Shown in pieces: positions 1-12,700 of a DNA stretch of 64,000 nucleotides (the first letter of the stretch is position 1; every line of letters begins with the position of its first letter). Source of the DNA: Selaginella moellendorffii (lineage: Eukaryota > Plantae > Lycopodiophyta); NCBI RefSeq assembly GCF_000143415.4, contig NW_003314262.1:5473876-5537875 (forward strand). Direction: 5' to 3'. The translations under genes and the position numbers were made by a program. The notes below the pieces were generated by a model. The model made no database searches and had not been told where the DNA came from. It worked only from the letters and a program-made list of their open reading frames with translations.

Positions 1-1032
1 GCTGCTTCTCCAGCAAGTTGGTGCATTGTCATTACATTTATCCAACACTTTTTTTCACCATCAAACTTTGCAGTAAGAAGCACAGAATCTAAATCCAGTG
101 CTTTGTTAAAGACTCATAGTGAGTCTTAAAGAGGGATGCCAGAATGCATGTTATTACTTTCTTCCTCACATAAGTGTCTTTTGCTGTTCAAACTAGTTCA
201 CTCTAACTCTTGTTCTTGATCACTTAATGCTGGGATTGATCGAGGTTGATTGAGGGAGTCTGAGGTGCTGGAGAAAATTCCAACTATGTTTATGTGAAGT
301 TCACAAGCTGGCTATCTGCAAACCATAGTCATGGCTCTCAAGGTAAACAAAAGAGGTTTAATCTTTTTCTTTCATGCACTAGCCAAGGAAACTTCTCTCC
401 AGGTTGAGAACATCTCCTCACCAGGATGAAGGAGCAAGTGGAGCAGAATCTCATCACTTACAACACTGTTGTAACTAGCTCCAATGGTATCTTTAACTGA
501 ATCTTTTCATGCAGATGTGTCCAGCTGGATCTCATCAAGCACAACATGCTCCTCTAGAGCCTCGTGATTTACTGCAAAGTGAGCAACACATGGATAGAAA
601 TATCCAGAGCCAAGAGCTGTGCAGAGCTTCAATATAGAATGAGAGTCTAACAGTTGGGATGTCATCAAAAGCGCATGCAACACATGCTTTTCCACTTCTT
701 GTCATCTTGTGACAAGGGACAAGGGAGTTTGATCATTGTAAATGGCAAGTACTTCTTGCTTCTTAAATAATGGGAGCTTGATCATTGAAAATGGAAGGAC
801 AATGCATGTTTGGAAGCCATCGGAGGATGTCCTCAAGTCTCTACTAGAAGGAGGCAGTGACCAAGAGGACTAGCCTTTCCTAGTCCCTATTGCAGGTCTA
901 GGACTCATTCGAAGATGAGCTAGTGCACTTGTCTCGTGTGGGAGCCAAAGTAGCACACTCCTGCCTTGAGTTGGAGGATGTTCACACCTCGCATAGAGCT
1001 ACGAGTTGGAGTATTATCACATTTGGACACTA

Positions 1033-1232
1033 TTTTGGCACTAAAGGCACGTTGGTGGTGGAGTGCTCCATGGCTTCAAGCTTCGTGGTGGAGTCACCAG
1101 GGAGGCAGACAGCCCATGAGCAATGTCAGGTGTTCGTGCTCATAGTTTCACTAGTTGCTCTAAGAGTGCGCTCTCAATGTTGTTTTGATCCCTTTGGGAC
1201 TGAGGTAATGTATATACATGTTCAGTGATCTC
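1033..1232. repeat. Dispersed ~200-bp repeat, copy A (copy B at 4299-4530)
   Basis: Shared blocks such as ctctaagagtgc(g/a)ctctcaatgttgtttt(g/a)atccctttgggactg occur in both copies in the same orientation. Confidence 0.85.
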
Positions 1233-2749
1233 AGGCAGTGGTGGAAGGTACCCAGTACCATGGCTGCTGTGATCGGAGGTGCAGCCAAAGGTAGAAGAGC
1301 ACTTAGGGGAGAGCATGCAATCTCCCTACACTTGCTACCATCAGCAAGGGCATGTGCTGTGAGATTCAGGGAAGCATCATTCCCCTTTTTTTGCTTTTGT
1401 TGTGTACTCACTCTCTTGTTAGCAGCATAGAGAGCAGCCGCAAGGGAGTCATAGCATCAATTTGGGCTCCCAAGGTTGTGGAGTGCAAGGTAGGGACCTC
1501 AGCATTCGGCTCCCACGAGGAGGACTGTTGCAAGGTTGGGGTCTTGGAGCATGCATGGTAGCAAGCCAAGACAGGAAACGGCCCTTTGTATTAATAGCCA
1601 TAACACTGCTGCATAAGGCAGCAAGTGAGCCACACAAAGCAGCAGCCTAATAGGATGAGAACTGTGAGATAGAAGTGGTGGACATTTCTAGTTTGGGAGA
1701 TGGCCAGGTCCTGGAAAAAGCTGGAAGTGTAAGCCATACTAGAGGTGAAGTGTCCATTGAGAGTGGAGATGAGGACGAAGCTACCTCCCCCCACCCACTT
1801 GCATGGTCACTAGCTGGAGTGCAGGAGCTTCATGAGAGTCTCAGGCTAGTCACAACTCAGGAAGGCTTGCGGGGAATCATCCCAAGCACTTTTGCAGCTA
1901 AAGGGATTCACAAGGATGGATGTTTCACAGAAGCGCAGGAGCAGTGCACCAAGATCAGGTCAGGAGTCACCACTAGAGCGGTGGCATGTGCAGCAGCAGC
2001 AGAGCCAGAGCGTGGGACAGGAGAACTCAAGTCTGCCCCACCCAGAACGACCAAAAATAGAGAGGAACAGGGCCCTAGTGTGGATGCACTTCTGTCCTGT
2101 AGGATCAACATGGAGACCTCACTAGAAGGTGAGTTCACAATCCCTCACTCAGAGACACAACCAAGCCAAGAGCTCTCCAGGGAGATTGACCGTTCAACTG
2201 TGGCCCCAAGGCTGAACAAGGAACAGCCACTCCGGACACTAAAGTTTGCCCATAGATGCTTGTCGGACCTGACAAACAAGCCTAGAGCTTCACTTCCATC
2301 TTCAATAGCTTGTTCCTCTAGTGTGAGGCCCCGATCTAGCTCACTGCCTTTAGTGGCAAGGCTCTACACTGACTCAAGACAGGTTGGTGACAGCATAGAT
2401 TGTCTACACTTGTTCTTGCCGAACCTTGCAAGTGGTGGTATAGTCTTTTGGAAGAGTGAGAGGTTCATAGAATAGGTGCATCATGAGTCGACACAGTGAA
2501 TCCAACAGGAAGTCTTGCAGCTAACTCACCTACTGGATGACGTGGAAGACATGGAGAACATCTCACTGTGGGATGTATGTTGAGCAGCTCTTGGAATTCT
2601 AACGAAGAACCTCAAGACTCAGAAGGGCTGGGCAGCAGGCACACTACCTGCTTGCGAGAATGCGTCAAGCTCATGCCTAGTTGGTGGGAACCCCTCGTAC
2701 CACCGAGAGACTCTTGTAGACAAGGCTGGGCTCACCCCTGATCCAGTAC

Positions 2750-4298
2750 ATGCAACCCTCTCATAACGTGAACGGGGAAACACCTGGTCATGCAGAAGTG
2801 CACAAGGTGGCAGCAGCAGGAGAAGGTGGAAGCAACTTGGTCCACGACAACACGAGAGGAAAGGCTGTCCTGGTTAAGCTGGCCAAGACTATGCAAAGAG
2901 CAGTAGCAAAGAAGGAAGAGGAACTCTGTAAGAAGGCATTGATTGTTGTTTTCAAGGGGAAGTTCGCAACAGGCCACATGGCCAACGACTGGATCAATGC
3001 AACATTTGGATAGGGAATCCTCATGAAGAAGCTGCTGCCACATGGGAAGGGCTGCTACACAGTCGTCTTTGAGACAGAGGAGGCACGGTCTCAGGCGGAG
3101 GCCGTGCATGGCCTCATTGACGAGAATTGGGTGGTGTCATTCCACCCATGGATCCCGATGTTCATGGCAAAGAACTAGGCACATCTCAAGGGCGGGAGCT
3201 TTCCAGTGAACATCACATTGTGGGACATTCCCATGGAAATGCGGATCACAATGGTGATTCTGAAGGAAGTATCAGCCAAATAATGGCCGGCCTTGAAACT
3301 GTAGAAGCAGAGGGTGTTCTTGGTCCCATCTGCCTCAAAGTTTTTGTGTCAGCCCCAGCTGAAATCCCAACAGAGATTGCAGTACTGGGCCAGTATATCA
3401 GGATCCTTTGGTGAACTCAGAACCTAGATGCAACTTTTTTCAGCATGCTGGATACCGAGAGGAGGCCTGCTCAGTCAAGTGGAATAGGCTGGCCTCCCAG
3501 AAGCCATTTGAGCTACCAGCAGAGCAAGAGAAGATCTTGAAGGTGCACCCTCTGGCCAAAGCTCCCCACATTCACTTCCCGGTTGTGCCACCAATCTCGG
3601 GCTCATCCTTGCAGCCCAAACTATTCAAGGGACCTATTACAGACGTCGAAGGGGATGGCTTCCAGCCAATCCTCCCTCGAACAGTAGGAATGGCGGTCAA
3701 GTGGATTCTGCCTAAGCGAGAATTAAGTCCTATAGAGGCGGGAGACTAGCTGCTATGCCGTAGGAACACAGCCTTCCTAGAGGTCATCACCATTGGTGAC
3801 TACCAGACACACATAGAGAATGCCATCACTGAGTGGATGGGCTTTGCAAAATACATTGTCTGAGGTTTCTCCTGGACAAAGCATAGGGGGAAGATGACTG
3901 TGGTGTGGACCATCTCCACAAAATGGAGGGTGAGACCCTGCAACACCTCACTTTCTTGGAAGTACGTGGCTCCATGACAACACTCACGATCATCACTTGG
4001 AACTGTCGGGGACTCAGCTGAACCAGAAATTGACTGAACAAAAGGGCACAGATCAAGTCCCACATCCGTGAGATCAGCTTAGAAGGAGGTATCAACATCT
4101 TGTGTATGCAAGAACACAAAATGACCAAGGCCCTAGACTACACCTTTGGCATGAGGGGACGGCTCTAGTGGAACCCGGCCACACAAGTAGTGGCCAGATT
4201 AGGAGGTGGCATAGCAGTGGTGGTCTCAACCAAATGGTCTGCTCAGGTACGAAACCACTTTGTCCTGGTTCCGGGAAAGGCTCAGTTGCTCGTCCTTC
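2750..4298 (+). mobile_element. Degenerate L1-clade LINE retrotransposon (ORF1 remnant plus start of ORF2 endonuclease)
   Basis: ORF1-like pieces with a decayed zinc knuckle (CNFFQHAGYREEAC). From the ATG at 3974: MTTLTIITWNCRGL...ILCMQEHK...GGGIAVVVS, the AP-endonuclease motifs of LINE ORF2. Contains stops and frameshifts and is cut off by repeat copy B. Confidence 0.75.
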
Positions 4299-4530
4299 TT
4301 TTGGCACTGGAGGCACGTCAGTGGTGGAGCGCTCCGTGGCAAGTTGTGCCAGTCATGGAGCATAGCAGGTGGCTTCAAGTTTTGCAGTGGAGTCACCTGG
4401 GAGGAGGACGGCCCAAGAGTAGCACCGCGTGTTCGTGCTCGTAGCTTCGTTAGTATCTCTAAGAGTGCACTCTCAATGTTGTTTTAATCCCTTTGGGACT
4501 GGGGTAATGTTATACATGTTTAGCGATCTC
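4299..4530. repeat. Dispersed repeat, copy B
   Basis: Diverged direct copy of 1033-1232 with a short internal insertion. Confidence 0.85.
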
Positions 4531-4546
4531 GCCAGATTGTCTTTGA

Positions 4547-4587
4547 CCCTAAACACCTAAATGCACCTAAACCCTAAACCCTAAACC
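4547..4587 (-). repeat. Interstitial plant telomeric repeat (CCCTAAA)n, partly degenerate
   Basis: ccctaaacacctaaatgcacctaaaccctaaaccctaaacc. Confidence 0.85.
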
Positions 4588-5826
4588 TTCATGTGGTATA
4601 TTGCGTGCGGGGCAAGCTCAAAGTGGGCTTTGGCTTTGGCTTTGGCTTGTGGCTCTGCTTTTGCTACCTGTAACATCACACTCCCTGCTTGCCACCACAA
4701 TGTGCATTGGGACTGGTCCTGGTGAAAGCCGGAAGACTCAGTTAGACCTAGGTCGGGATCTTTGTGTGCAGTTGGCTGGTCTTGATATGGTGGTGTGTGT
4801 CTTTGGTAGAGGATTGCACACCCATTGATGTGGTGCAACACATGTGCTTGTGACGGGTCCTGGCCAATGCTTCAGTAGAACTAGGAGACTCAGACAACTA
4901 ACATGTGTGGTGTGCCATAGCTTGGGCTAGCCTGTTGCTTTTGTGTGTGTTTTGGGGCAGTGGGGTGTTCGCACCCCCTCCCAAGCACACACCCCTTGCT
5001 ATGTTGTAACCATTGAGTCCAGACCCGGGCAGGTAAAGTTCCTTCGTGTTTGAACATGGGTGAGCTGGTGCTTCACAGCCAGGGAAGTGACACTCTAGAC
5101 ATCTACCCTTTTGTTAAAAATGCATGTTCAGCGTGCTATTTAGCGGCCTTTTGGAATCTCAGGCAAGGGATACGTTTCCACCTAGCAAAAGGATTAGTCG
5201 CTGAATAGCATGGCAAAGTTTTCTCCTTGTGTGTGATTGATGGGTGATGGTGCCACTTACTTGTGATGCTGAATGAACTAATGTTCCTAGTGTAACCACT
5301 AAGTCTGGATCCGGGTAGGCAATTTCCTTGTCTTGAACTTGGGTGAGCTTAGTTGCATGGGGGCTTAGTGTGGGCGCTGGGTTCTGAGGTGACCGATGTG
5401 GAGCATGTATGTGCCTACATGCCCTTTGGGTGCACACTGTCTCTATCCCATTGTTCCTTGGGGGTGCTCCTAGACCTTCTTGGTGGTGAGTAGCAAGTAT
5501 GGGTGATGGCATCCACTAACTTGTGTGATGCCGATCTAGGAACTTCAATTCTTGGATCATCTTAAGTGTGTTGAGCATGGTAAGATTGCTGACATTTAGG
5601 ACATCACAAACCTGTTGCTATATGTGATTGGTATGAAGGTGACCTTATGCTCTTTTGCACATATGGTTCAGTTTGTCTCAATGTTACATTGGAAGAATTG
5701 AAGTCTTATGGGTTTAGCAAGGATGGTGTGGGTGATACCACAGCCAGCCTTGCTTGTTCTCAAGGTTTGGACTTGTCCCTGCCTTGATTTCATTGTAGCT
5801 CGGTTATTACTTTGGACTGATGAACA

Positions 5827-5847
5827 TTTAGGGTTTAGGGTTTAGGG
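5827..5847 (+). repeat. Interstitial plant telomeric repeat (TTTAGGG)3
   Basis: tttagggtttagggtttaggg. Confidence 0.9.
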
Positions 5848-5849
5848 TG

Positions 5850-6300
5850 GTTGTGTTCTTTGTTGTTGCAATGTTCATTGGTTGAGCTTCGTCCTATTTT
5901 TTCATATAGTTTGTTGCTATCATAATGTATTTGTTTCACTTGGAACTTGTTGTGAGTGGACCAACAAAGTCAAAGTTCCCATTATTGAAAAGGTTCAAGT
6001 GGTGCTATTCGATGAAGTTCTTGAGTTTGCTTCTTTGGTATATATCGTTAGCAAATATCACATTCTTGACAAAACTTGGTTCAATTGTGCCAAAGTGTTG
6101 GCCACCAAAGTCCCACTTTTAAAATATTTTAAGCTATGATTTCTTCAATGAAATGTCCTCCTGCTTATTGGTAGTGCACTTCTTCAAGTATATCTTGAGT
6201 CTTGATTTTCTCAGAAATGTTATCAATGGTGGTCTTGACATTTGGATCTTCTTTTGTGCTTGCTAGAGCAACTATTTGCTAGTAGATTTTATTTAATCCC
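5850..6300 (-). mobile_element. Ty3/gypsy integrase remnant
   Basis: Minus-strand translation gives AGGHF...GLWWPTLWHN*TKFCQECDIC (integrase Zn-binding domain) and FDFVGPLTTSSK*NKYIMIATNY (start of rve core). Many stops; truncated at the telomeric repeat. Confidence 0.75.
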
Positions 6301-7037
6301 TATACATACCAAATGCACTTACCTTGTTTAGTGAGTAGATCTTTACAATGCTTGACACAAAGTAAATAGTGTCTAGGTTTGTTGACATGCATCACTATTT
6401 GGTGTTGTATGTGGTTGTAGATATGAGTGAGTGTTGGTGTTGCAAGTGTGTTGCTCATTTGTCCTTGTAGTAGTTGGTGTAGTAGTCTTGTGTTTTCTTG
6501 AGTGTGAAGATTTCTTCATTCATCAAGGAGTTGATAAATTTGTTTTTTAGCAATTTTGTTTTTGGTAGCTACTAGCACTCAAGAAAGATGGTTATAAAAA
6601 GCTAAATTAATTGGTATAAAATTTTTTGTTTATATGATCCTAAGAAATTAATAAAAGTGTGATGGAAAATATGATGTATGTCAATCTCTAAAGACTATTG
6701 CGAAGTTGTCAAAAAAAATATAGTCTAGTTTGTGCATGCTTTTATCCTTCTTAATTTTCTTTCTTCTCAGCTGCTTTGGTGGCTTCCTCTTTGTCTTTAA
6801 TTCTCAAAGTAGTTATTTTTGGCTATGTAATAAGCACATCTCTAGCACTTAACATATGGCTTAGCATCTAGATTCAGAAATCCAAGTTGTGAGACCTCCA
6901 GGGTTCATTCTATAGAAATTTAGTGGCTAAGTATGCCTTGGGAAAGTTAGATACAACAAGTACAACAGTAAAATGCCATCCCAGATAAAAAACAAAGTCG
7001 TGACTCATCTATGTCTCTAGAGACAACTGGTTTAGGG

Positions 7038-7361
7038 TTTAGATGATGGCCTGAACTTCACCATAAATCTCAATTTAGGAACTCCTCCTATGCAGCACAA
7101 CTTCACCATAAAACTCTGACTTTTACTAGGCTGCATGCTCTCAATGTGTCGATTGCAATGCTTCCACAAATGCTCTCAGGGATTCGGGTGTAAGATGTGG
7201 ATGATGCAAGTGAAAAGAGGGGAGTGTTTGTGGAAGCATTGCAATCGACGCATTGAGAGCATGCAACCCACTAAAAATTAGAGTTTAGAGCTATGGTGAA
7301 GTTGTGTTGCATAGGAATTCCCAAATTGAGATTTATGGTGAAGTTCAAGCCATAATCTAAA
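7038..7361. repeat. Long inverted repeat / hairpin (MITE-like or hairpin-RNA locus)
   Basis: Arm 7038-7177 is an imperfect reverse complement of 7220-7361 (e.g. gaacttcaccataaatctcaattt / aaattgagatttatggtgaagttc). Loop is about 42 nt. Confidence 0.9.
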
Positions 7362-7549
7362 TACAAACTCCTCTCCAAGCCTTCATATTTTCTGGTAGTG
7401 GAGTTTCTCTCAGTTTCATCGAATCAAATACCTTGTTAAATCCCTTGTTTATCAGAGTGTGAATAAGGCTCTTTTTTACCTATACTTGCATTCTTGCCCT
7501 TACTTGCAAAATAATGACAAATAAACAGAGACAAGAACATAAATAAGAG

Positions 7550-9143
7550 AAGAAGAATAAAAAAAGAATAAAAGAGTACTTAAAATTGCCTCCCTAGCGG
7601 ACCTATGCTTTTGATTGCACACAACTACGTAGCAGAGAAGATCCTTGCACACGTCCTGTAGATCCGGTATCATTGCAACAACATCTTCTAGAAGCTAGAT
7701 CATGAGAGGAGAAAAATATGTCGCAATTGGGAACCCCTGCACCAACGATGGGCAAAAACATTGAACCAATTCCGCTTGGTTAATTAAAGTGTACAGAACA
7801 AGCCTATCCTGGATCCTCCATGCAAGCATACCAAGCATATACCTGCAGTAAACATTGAATTTCAATCATATTTTCATCTAACTAAAAGAGTACCTACAAT
7901 AGCCAGAGACTGTAGGATCTCCACCAGACCCAGAAGAACTAGCAATCAATCAAAAGAATAACCCTAAACCAAAACTATTTCTATAAATTTATAAATTTAC
8001 TAAATTATTTCAAACTAAATAATGAATAAAATAAATAATTTTTTTATTTTCTTTTAGTTTCAAATTCACATTGTCTATCTATATTTTATCAAAATCCTAA
8101 AGGTCTAATATCAATTCAATTCAGACAAAAAAAATTAAAATACCTATTATATTACAACTTATTACACAAGCAGGTAAAAGAAATAAACTTTTATAGGATT
8201 TTCAGTTGTACATGCTAAAGATAAAGTTTTGATGGTCATAATTAGTGCTTTTGATGTAAAAAACATTCAAATATTATGTTATATTTTATATTATACTCCC
8301 TACTCTTTATATGCATAATAATGGTAAATTTCTAGAAAAACAATTTAAGAAGAATAAAAAAAGAATAAAAGAGTACTTAAAATTGCCTCCCTAGCGGACC
8401 CATGCTTTTGATTGCACACGACTACGTAGCAGAGAAGATCCTTGCACACATCCTGTAGATTTGGTATCATTGCAACAACATCTTCTAGAAGCTAGATCAT
8501 GAGAGGAGAAAAATATGTCGCAATTGGGAACCCCTGCACCAACGATGGGCAAAAACATTGAACCAATTCCGCTTGGTTAATTAAAGTGTACAGAACAAGC
8601 CTATCCTGGATCCTCCATGCAAGCATACCAAGCATATACCTGTAGTAAACATTGAATTTCAATCATATTTTTATCTAACTAAAAGAGTACCTACAATAGC
8701 CAGAGACTGTAGGATCTCCACCAGACCCAGAAGAACTAGCAATCAATCAAAAGAATAACCCTAAACCAAAACTATTTCTATAAATTTATAAATTTACTAA
8801 ATTATTTCAAACTAAATAATGAATAAAATAAATAATTTTTTTATTTTCTTTTAGTTTCAAATTCACATTGTCTATCTATATTTTATCAAAATCCTAAAGG
8901 TCTAATATCAATTCAATTCAGACAAAAAAAATTAAAATACCTATTATATTACAACTTATTACACAAGCAGGTAAAAGAAATAAACTTTTATAGGATTTTC
9001 AGTTGTACATGCTAAAGATAAAGTTTTGATAGTCATAATTAGTGCTTTTGATGTAAAAAACATTCAAATATTATGTTATATTTTATATTATACTCCCTAC
9101 TCTTTATATGTATAATAATGGTAAATTTCTAGAAAAACAATTT
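7550..9143. repeat. 797-bp perfect-phase tandem duplication (7550-8346 and 8347-9143)
   Basis: Both units start aagaagaataaaaaaagaataaaagagtac and end ctagaaaaacaattt, with only a handful of substitutions. Confidence 0.95.
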
Positions 9144-9596
9144 ATAAAGCTTTTAAGAAATTATTTATTAAATGATTTTGTCTGCTTCAATATATTTATA
9201 TTAAGAAAAATTTATAAAACTTGTATTAAAAGTGAACAATTTTTTTTTCAATTCTTTACAGTGGATATTTTCTAATATCTCCTAATCAACTATATATTTT
9301 ATATATGCAATTAGATTGTAATTTAGTACTTTATTATTTAAAAAAATTAGTTTTGGAAACAAAAACTAGTTAAAAAGATGTTCAATGCTTCCTTAAAATG
9401 AAAAAATATGGAAATCTTGTAATATATAATAAATATATGAAAGCTGTATGATCTTATAATATATATTGTAAAGATATTTGGGTTACATTCAAACTGATAG
9501 GTGTGCTCAAGTCGTCTGGTAAATGATCATCCGTGAGGCGGAGGCAGCCACCCTCCTCGTTGTATGGCCCTGCGTTGCGCTGCCCCCTTGTGTCGC

Positions 9597-9779
9597 TGTT
9601 GGAATATTGAAAAGAAGTGATAACAGCCAAGACTCTACGTGACTTACGGTTACACACAACAGAGTGGTGGTGCGCATCTGATCCATGATGGTAAGATCTT
9701 ACAGGTATATATGCTTCTGGTTAGCAGAGGAAACTGTATCTTTTTCTACACTTCAATATAAATTCTCCAAGTTCTTCTA
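9597..9779 (+). repeat. 5' LTR (TG...TA)
   Basis: Direct repeat of 13909-14068, followed immediately by the PBS. Confidence 0.93.
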
Positions 9780-12700
9780 TGGTATCGGAGCTAGTGATCC
9801 AAAGCAGATGTGTGTGATCCTGTTTGTACTCACATACTGTGACGATTGCTATCTTCTGATTCTATTTTTTTATTGACTCGCGTGACAGCGATTGTGGACG
9901 AGTTCTTTTTTTTTCTTTGCATTCTTTTTTTTCTAATCCTTTCTCCTTTCTCTATCGATCTCTTTCTCTCTCAACATTTCAAGATGGCCGCTGAAGATCT
10001 CAAGCTCAAGCAATCCATCTCCAAGCTATCAATGGACAACGCCTTCATCTGGTTTCGAGAAGTGGAATTCAAGCTTTGCAGCAAGGATGGTGGGTTGCTC
10101 TGGGATATCGTCAATGCAGATTTGAACAAGCCCTCCCCACCACCGGCTGAAGCAGCAGAGGGTGAGATCGACTCTCACAAGAAGGAACTGAAGGTTTTCA
10201 AAGTTCACAAGGCACGGGCAAAATCATTGATCATGCGCTGGCTGGACAAAGGTGATAAGGCAACAATTGCTCGCACTGATTCTGTGGCGGAGGCTTGGGA
10301 CCAGCTCAAGAAACTCTACCTTGAGAAGTCCTTCGTCAGCAAGGTTGGACTTCAGGGGAAGTTGAACCAGGCCGAGCGTGAGCCACATGAGAGTGTGTCT
10401 CAGTTCCTTGAACGCCTCAAGCTTTATTCTTATCAGCTTGCAGGTATGGGCCACCCAATACCCACCGAAACTCTTGCCGAGGTAGCTCTTCTTGGACTGG
10501 GTGAGGAGTTTGACGTGGTCCAAAGCTGGAAGTTCACAAGAGACCTGCCAACATTCCCAGAAGCTGAAAAAGCTATTCGGGAGCAGGAGAGTGTCTTGGC
10601 CAGCCGCAAGGCCAACACGATGAAGAGGAAGAAGGAGTCAGGAGAGCCAAGTGCCTTCTTTGCCAACAAACAATTTAATACTGGAACTGAGGTAATACTG
10701 GAGCGCCGCTGCTACAATTGTGGAGGAGTTGGACATCTTGCTCAAGACTTTTCAACACCTGATCGTCGCCAGCAACGCCAAGCTCCTGCTCCATACAACC
10801 GAGGATGAGGCCGTGGTGGACGTGGACGAGGCCGTGGAGGACGTGGACGAGGTCAATACCATGGAGCAGTTCGAGACTATCTTGAAGAACCTGCAGCAAT
10901 ACCAGCTCCAACAGCAAATCTCTCTACTGTTAATGTATCCAATCTTGAGATTAATGTAGCTGAAAAGGCTAGATATATAGGATCCAAGAAATAGTGACGA
11001 TAGGCCTCCTCTTCAAGAAAATATCCTCTTGGATTTCTTCAAGAGGAGGCCTATCCTCACTATTTCAACGTGTCAGCAAGTCTCACAAGTCATGGGCCTC
11101 TCCTTGATGATCACTGGTGGCTGGACTCAGGAGCCACACATCACATGACTCAACAAAGGGAACGGTTCAACGCGCTGTAACTGAGAGACTACAAAGCAAC
11201 AGTTGGGACGGCTTCTAGATCCACTCTACAGATCAAAGGTGTCGGCACAACATTCATACCACGGCTAAAAACACATATTCAGGGAGTTTTATATGTTCCT
11301 AACTTAGCTAGAAGCCTACTTTCTGTGAGCAAACTCGCTGACTCTGGTTTTCACACTCACATTGACAGTTTAAACGCCAGGATCACTCAAGGAGGATCGC
11401 TAGTTACACTCGCTAGAAGACAAGGGGACCTCTACTTCATACCTCATCAGGACACTCAAGAGGTGCAGTCGCTAGCATCTGAGGCAAATGTATCTCAAAA
11501 TTTTGATATTTGGCATCAAAGATTAGGACATGCATGCTCTCTTAGGTGAAACTAATGTTGTCACTCGCTGGTGGTATTCATATAAACTCAGAAGAGAGTG
11601 GTCTCTGCCATGGCTGTGCAATGGAAAAATGACTAAGAGTAAGTGCTCAGTGCATAAGACGAGTAGACCTCTGGAATTGGTACACCTGGATGTATCTTTT
11701 GGAATGAAAACAAAAACACTTGGTGGTGCTCAGTGCTTTCTCCATATTGTGGATGATTACTCTAGAAAAGTATGGGCCAAAAGCAAAGATGAGGTTGCAG
11801 CTTTTCATGAGAAAGTTGAAGCTGAGCTTAGTGTCCAGCTTAAAATGATTAGGGGAATCAATGAAAAGTTTAATGATTATATTAGTGATAAAGGAATATC
11901 CCACCAAAGGTCTGTACCATATGAACATAACCGCTGAAAGAAAAATGAGAACTTTAAAAGATTCTGCTCACTGCATGATGCAAGCAATGCCACCAAAGTT
12001 CTGGGGCGAAGCTATTAAAACAGCTGCTTAAACCTCGTCAAGGTAGGACACAATCTCCTCCTTCAAAACAGCTTCCAACAAAAGCATTAAATGGTTGTAC
12101 GCCATTCCAGCTATGGACAGGATCCAAACCTCAAGTCCAACACTTACGAGTGTTTGAAACCCTGGATATTCCTTCATACATAAAGATGAGCAAGACTCTA
12201 AGTTTGCAAGTCATGCAGAGCAATGTGTGTTCCTTGGATATGAGGATGAGACCAAAGACGGTTACAGGGTCTGGATCCCTACAAGACAAAATGTCTTTAT
12301 TCGAAGAACTGTTAAGCTGGACGAGAAAGCTCTCCCAAAGATAGGAACATACCAAGAGCCTTTTGAAGAGGGAAAAGAGCATTCTATTGAGAATATCCAG
12401 CTTGTCTTTTCCTCAGATGAGGATGATGATTCTGATGATGAGAACAGTGAAAATTCAGTACTACCTCCGGGAATAGAAATTCCACTAGGAAATCAAAACG
12501 CTGCTGTGCCTGTGTTTCCAGAGCCAAACCAGAATGATCAAGTAGTGCTAGGAAATGAAAATGAACTACCAAGACAAGAGTTTCAACTACGTCGTTCAGC
12601 TCGGCGATGGAAACCGAATGATAGATATCTAAAACAATATGAAGCCAATACAATGACAGTAACTGGAGAACCAAACTCATTAGACGAAACACTCCAGTCT

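Noticed and set aside
1675-2475. 266-aa ORF
   Set aside because: No recognisable domain, non-ATG start, and lies in CpG-depleted decayed repeat sequence.
9691-9704. gtaag...cag mini-intron explaining the LTR indel
   Set aside because: 14 nt is too short, and the 22-bp deletion boundaries do not match the splice sites.
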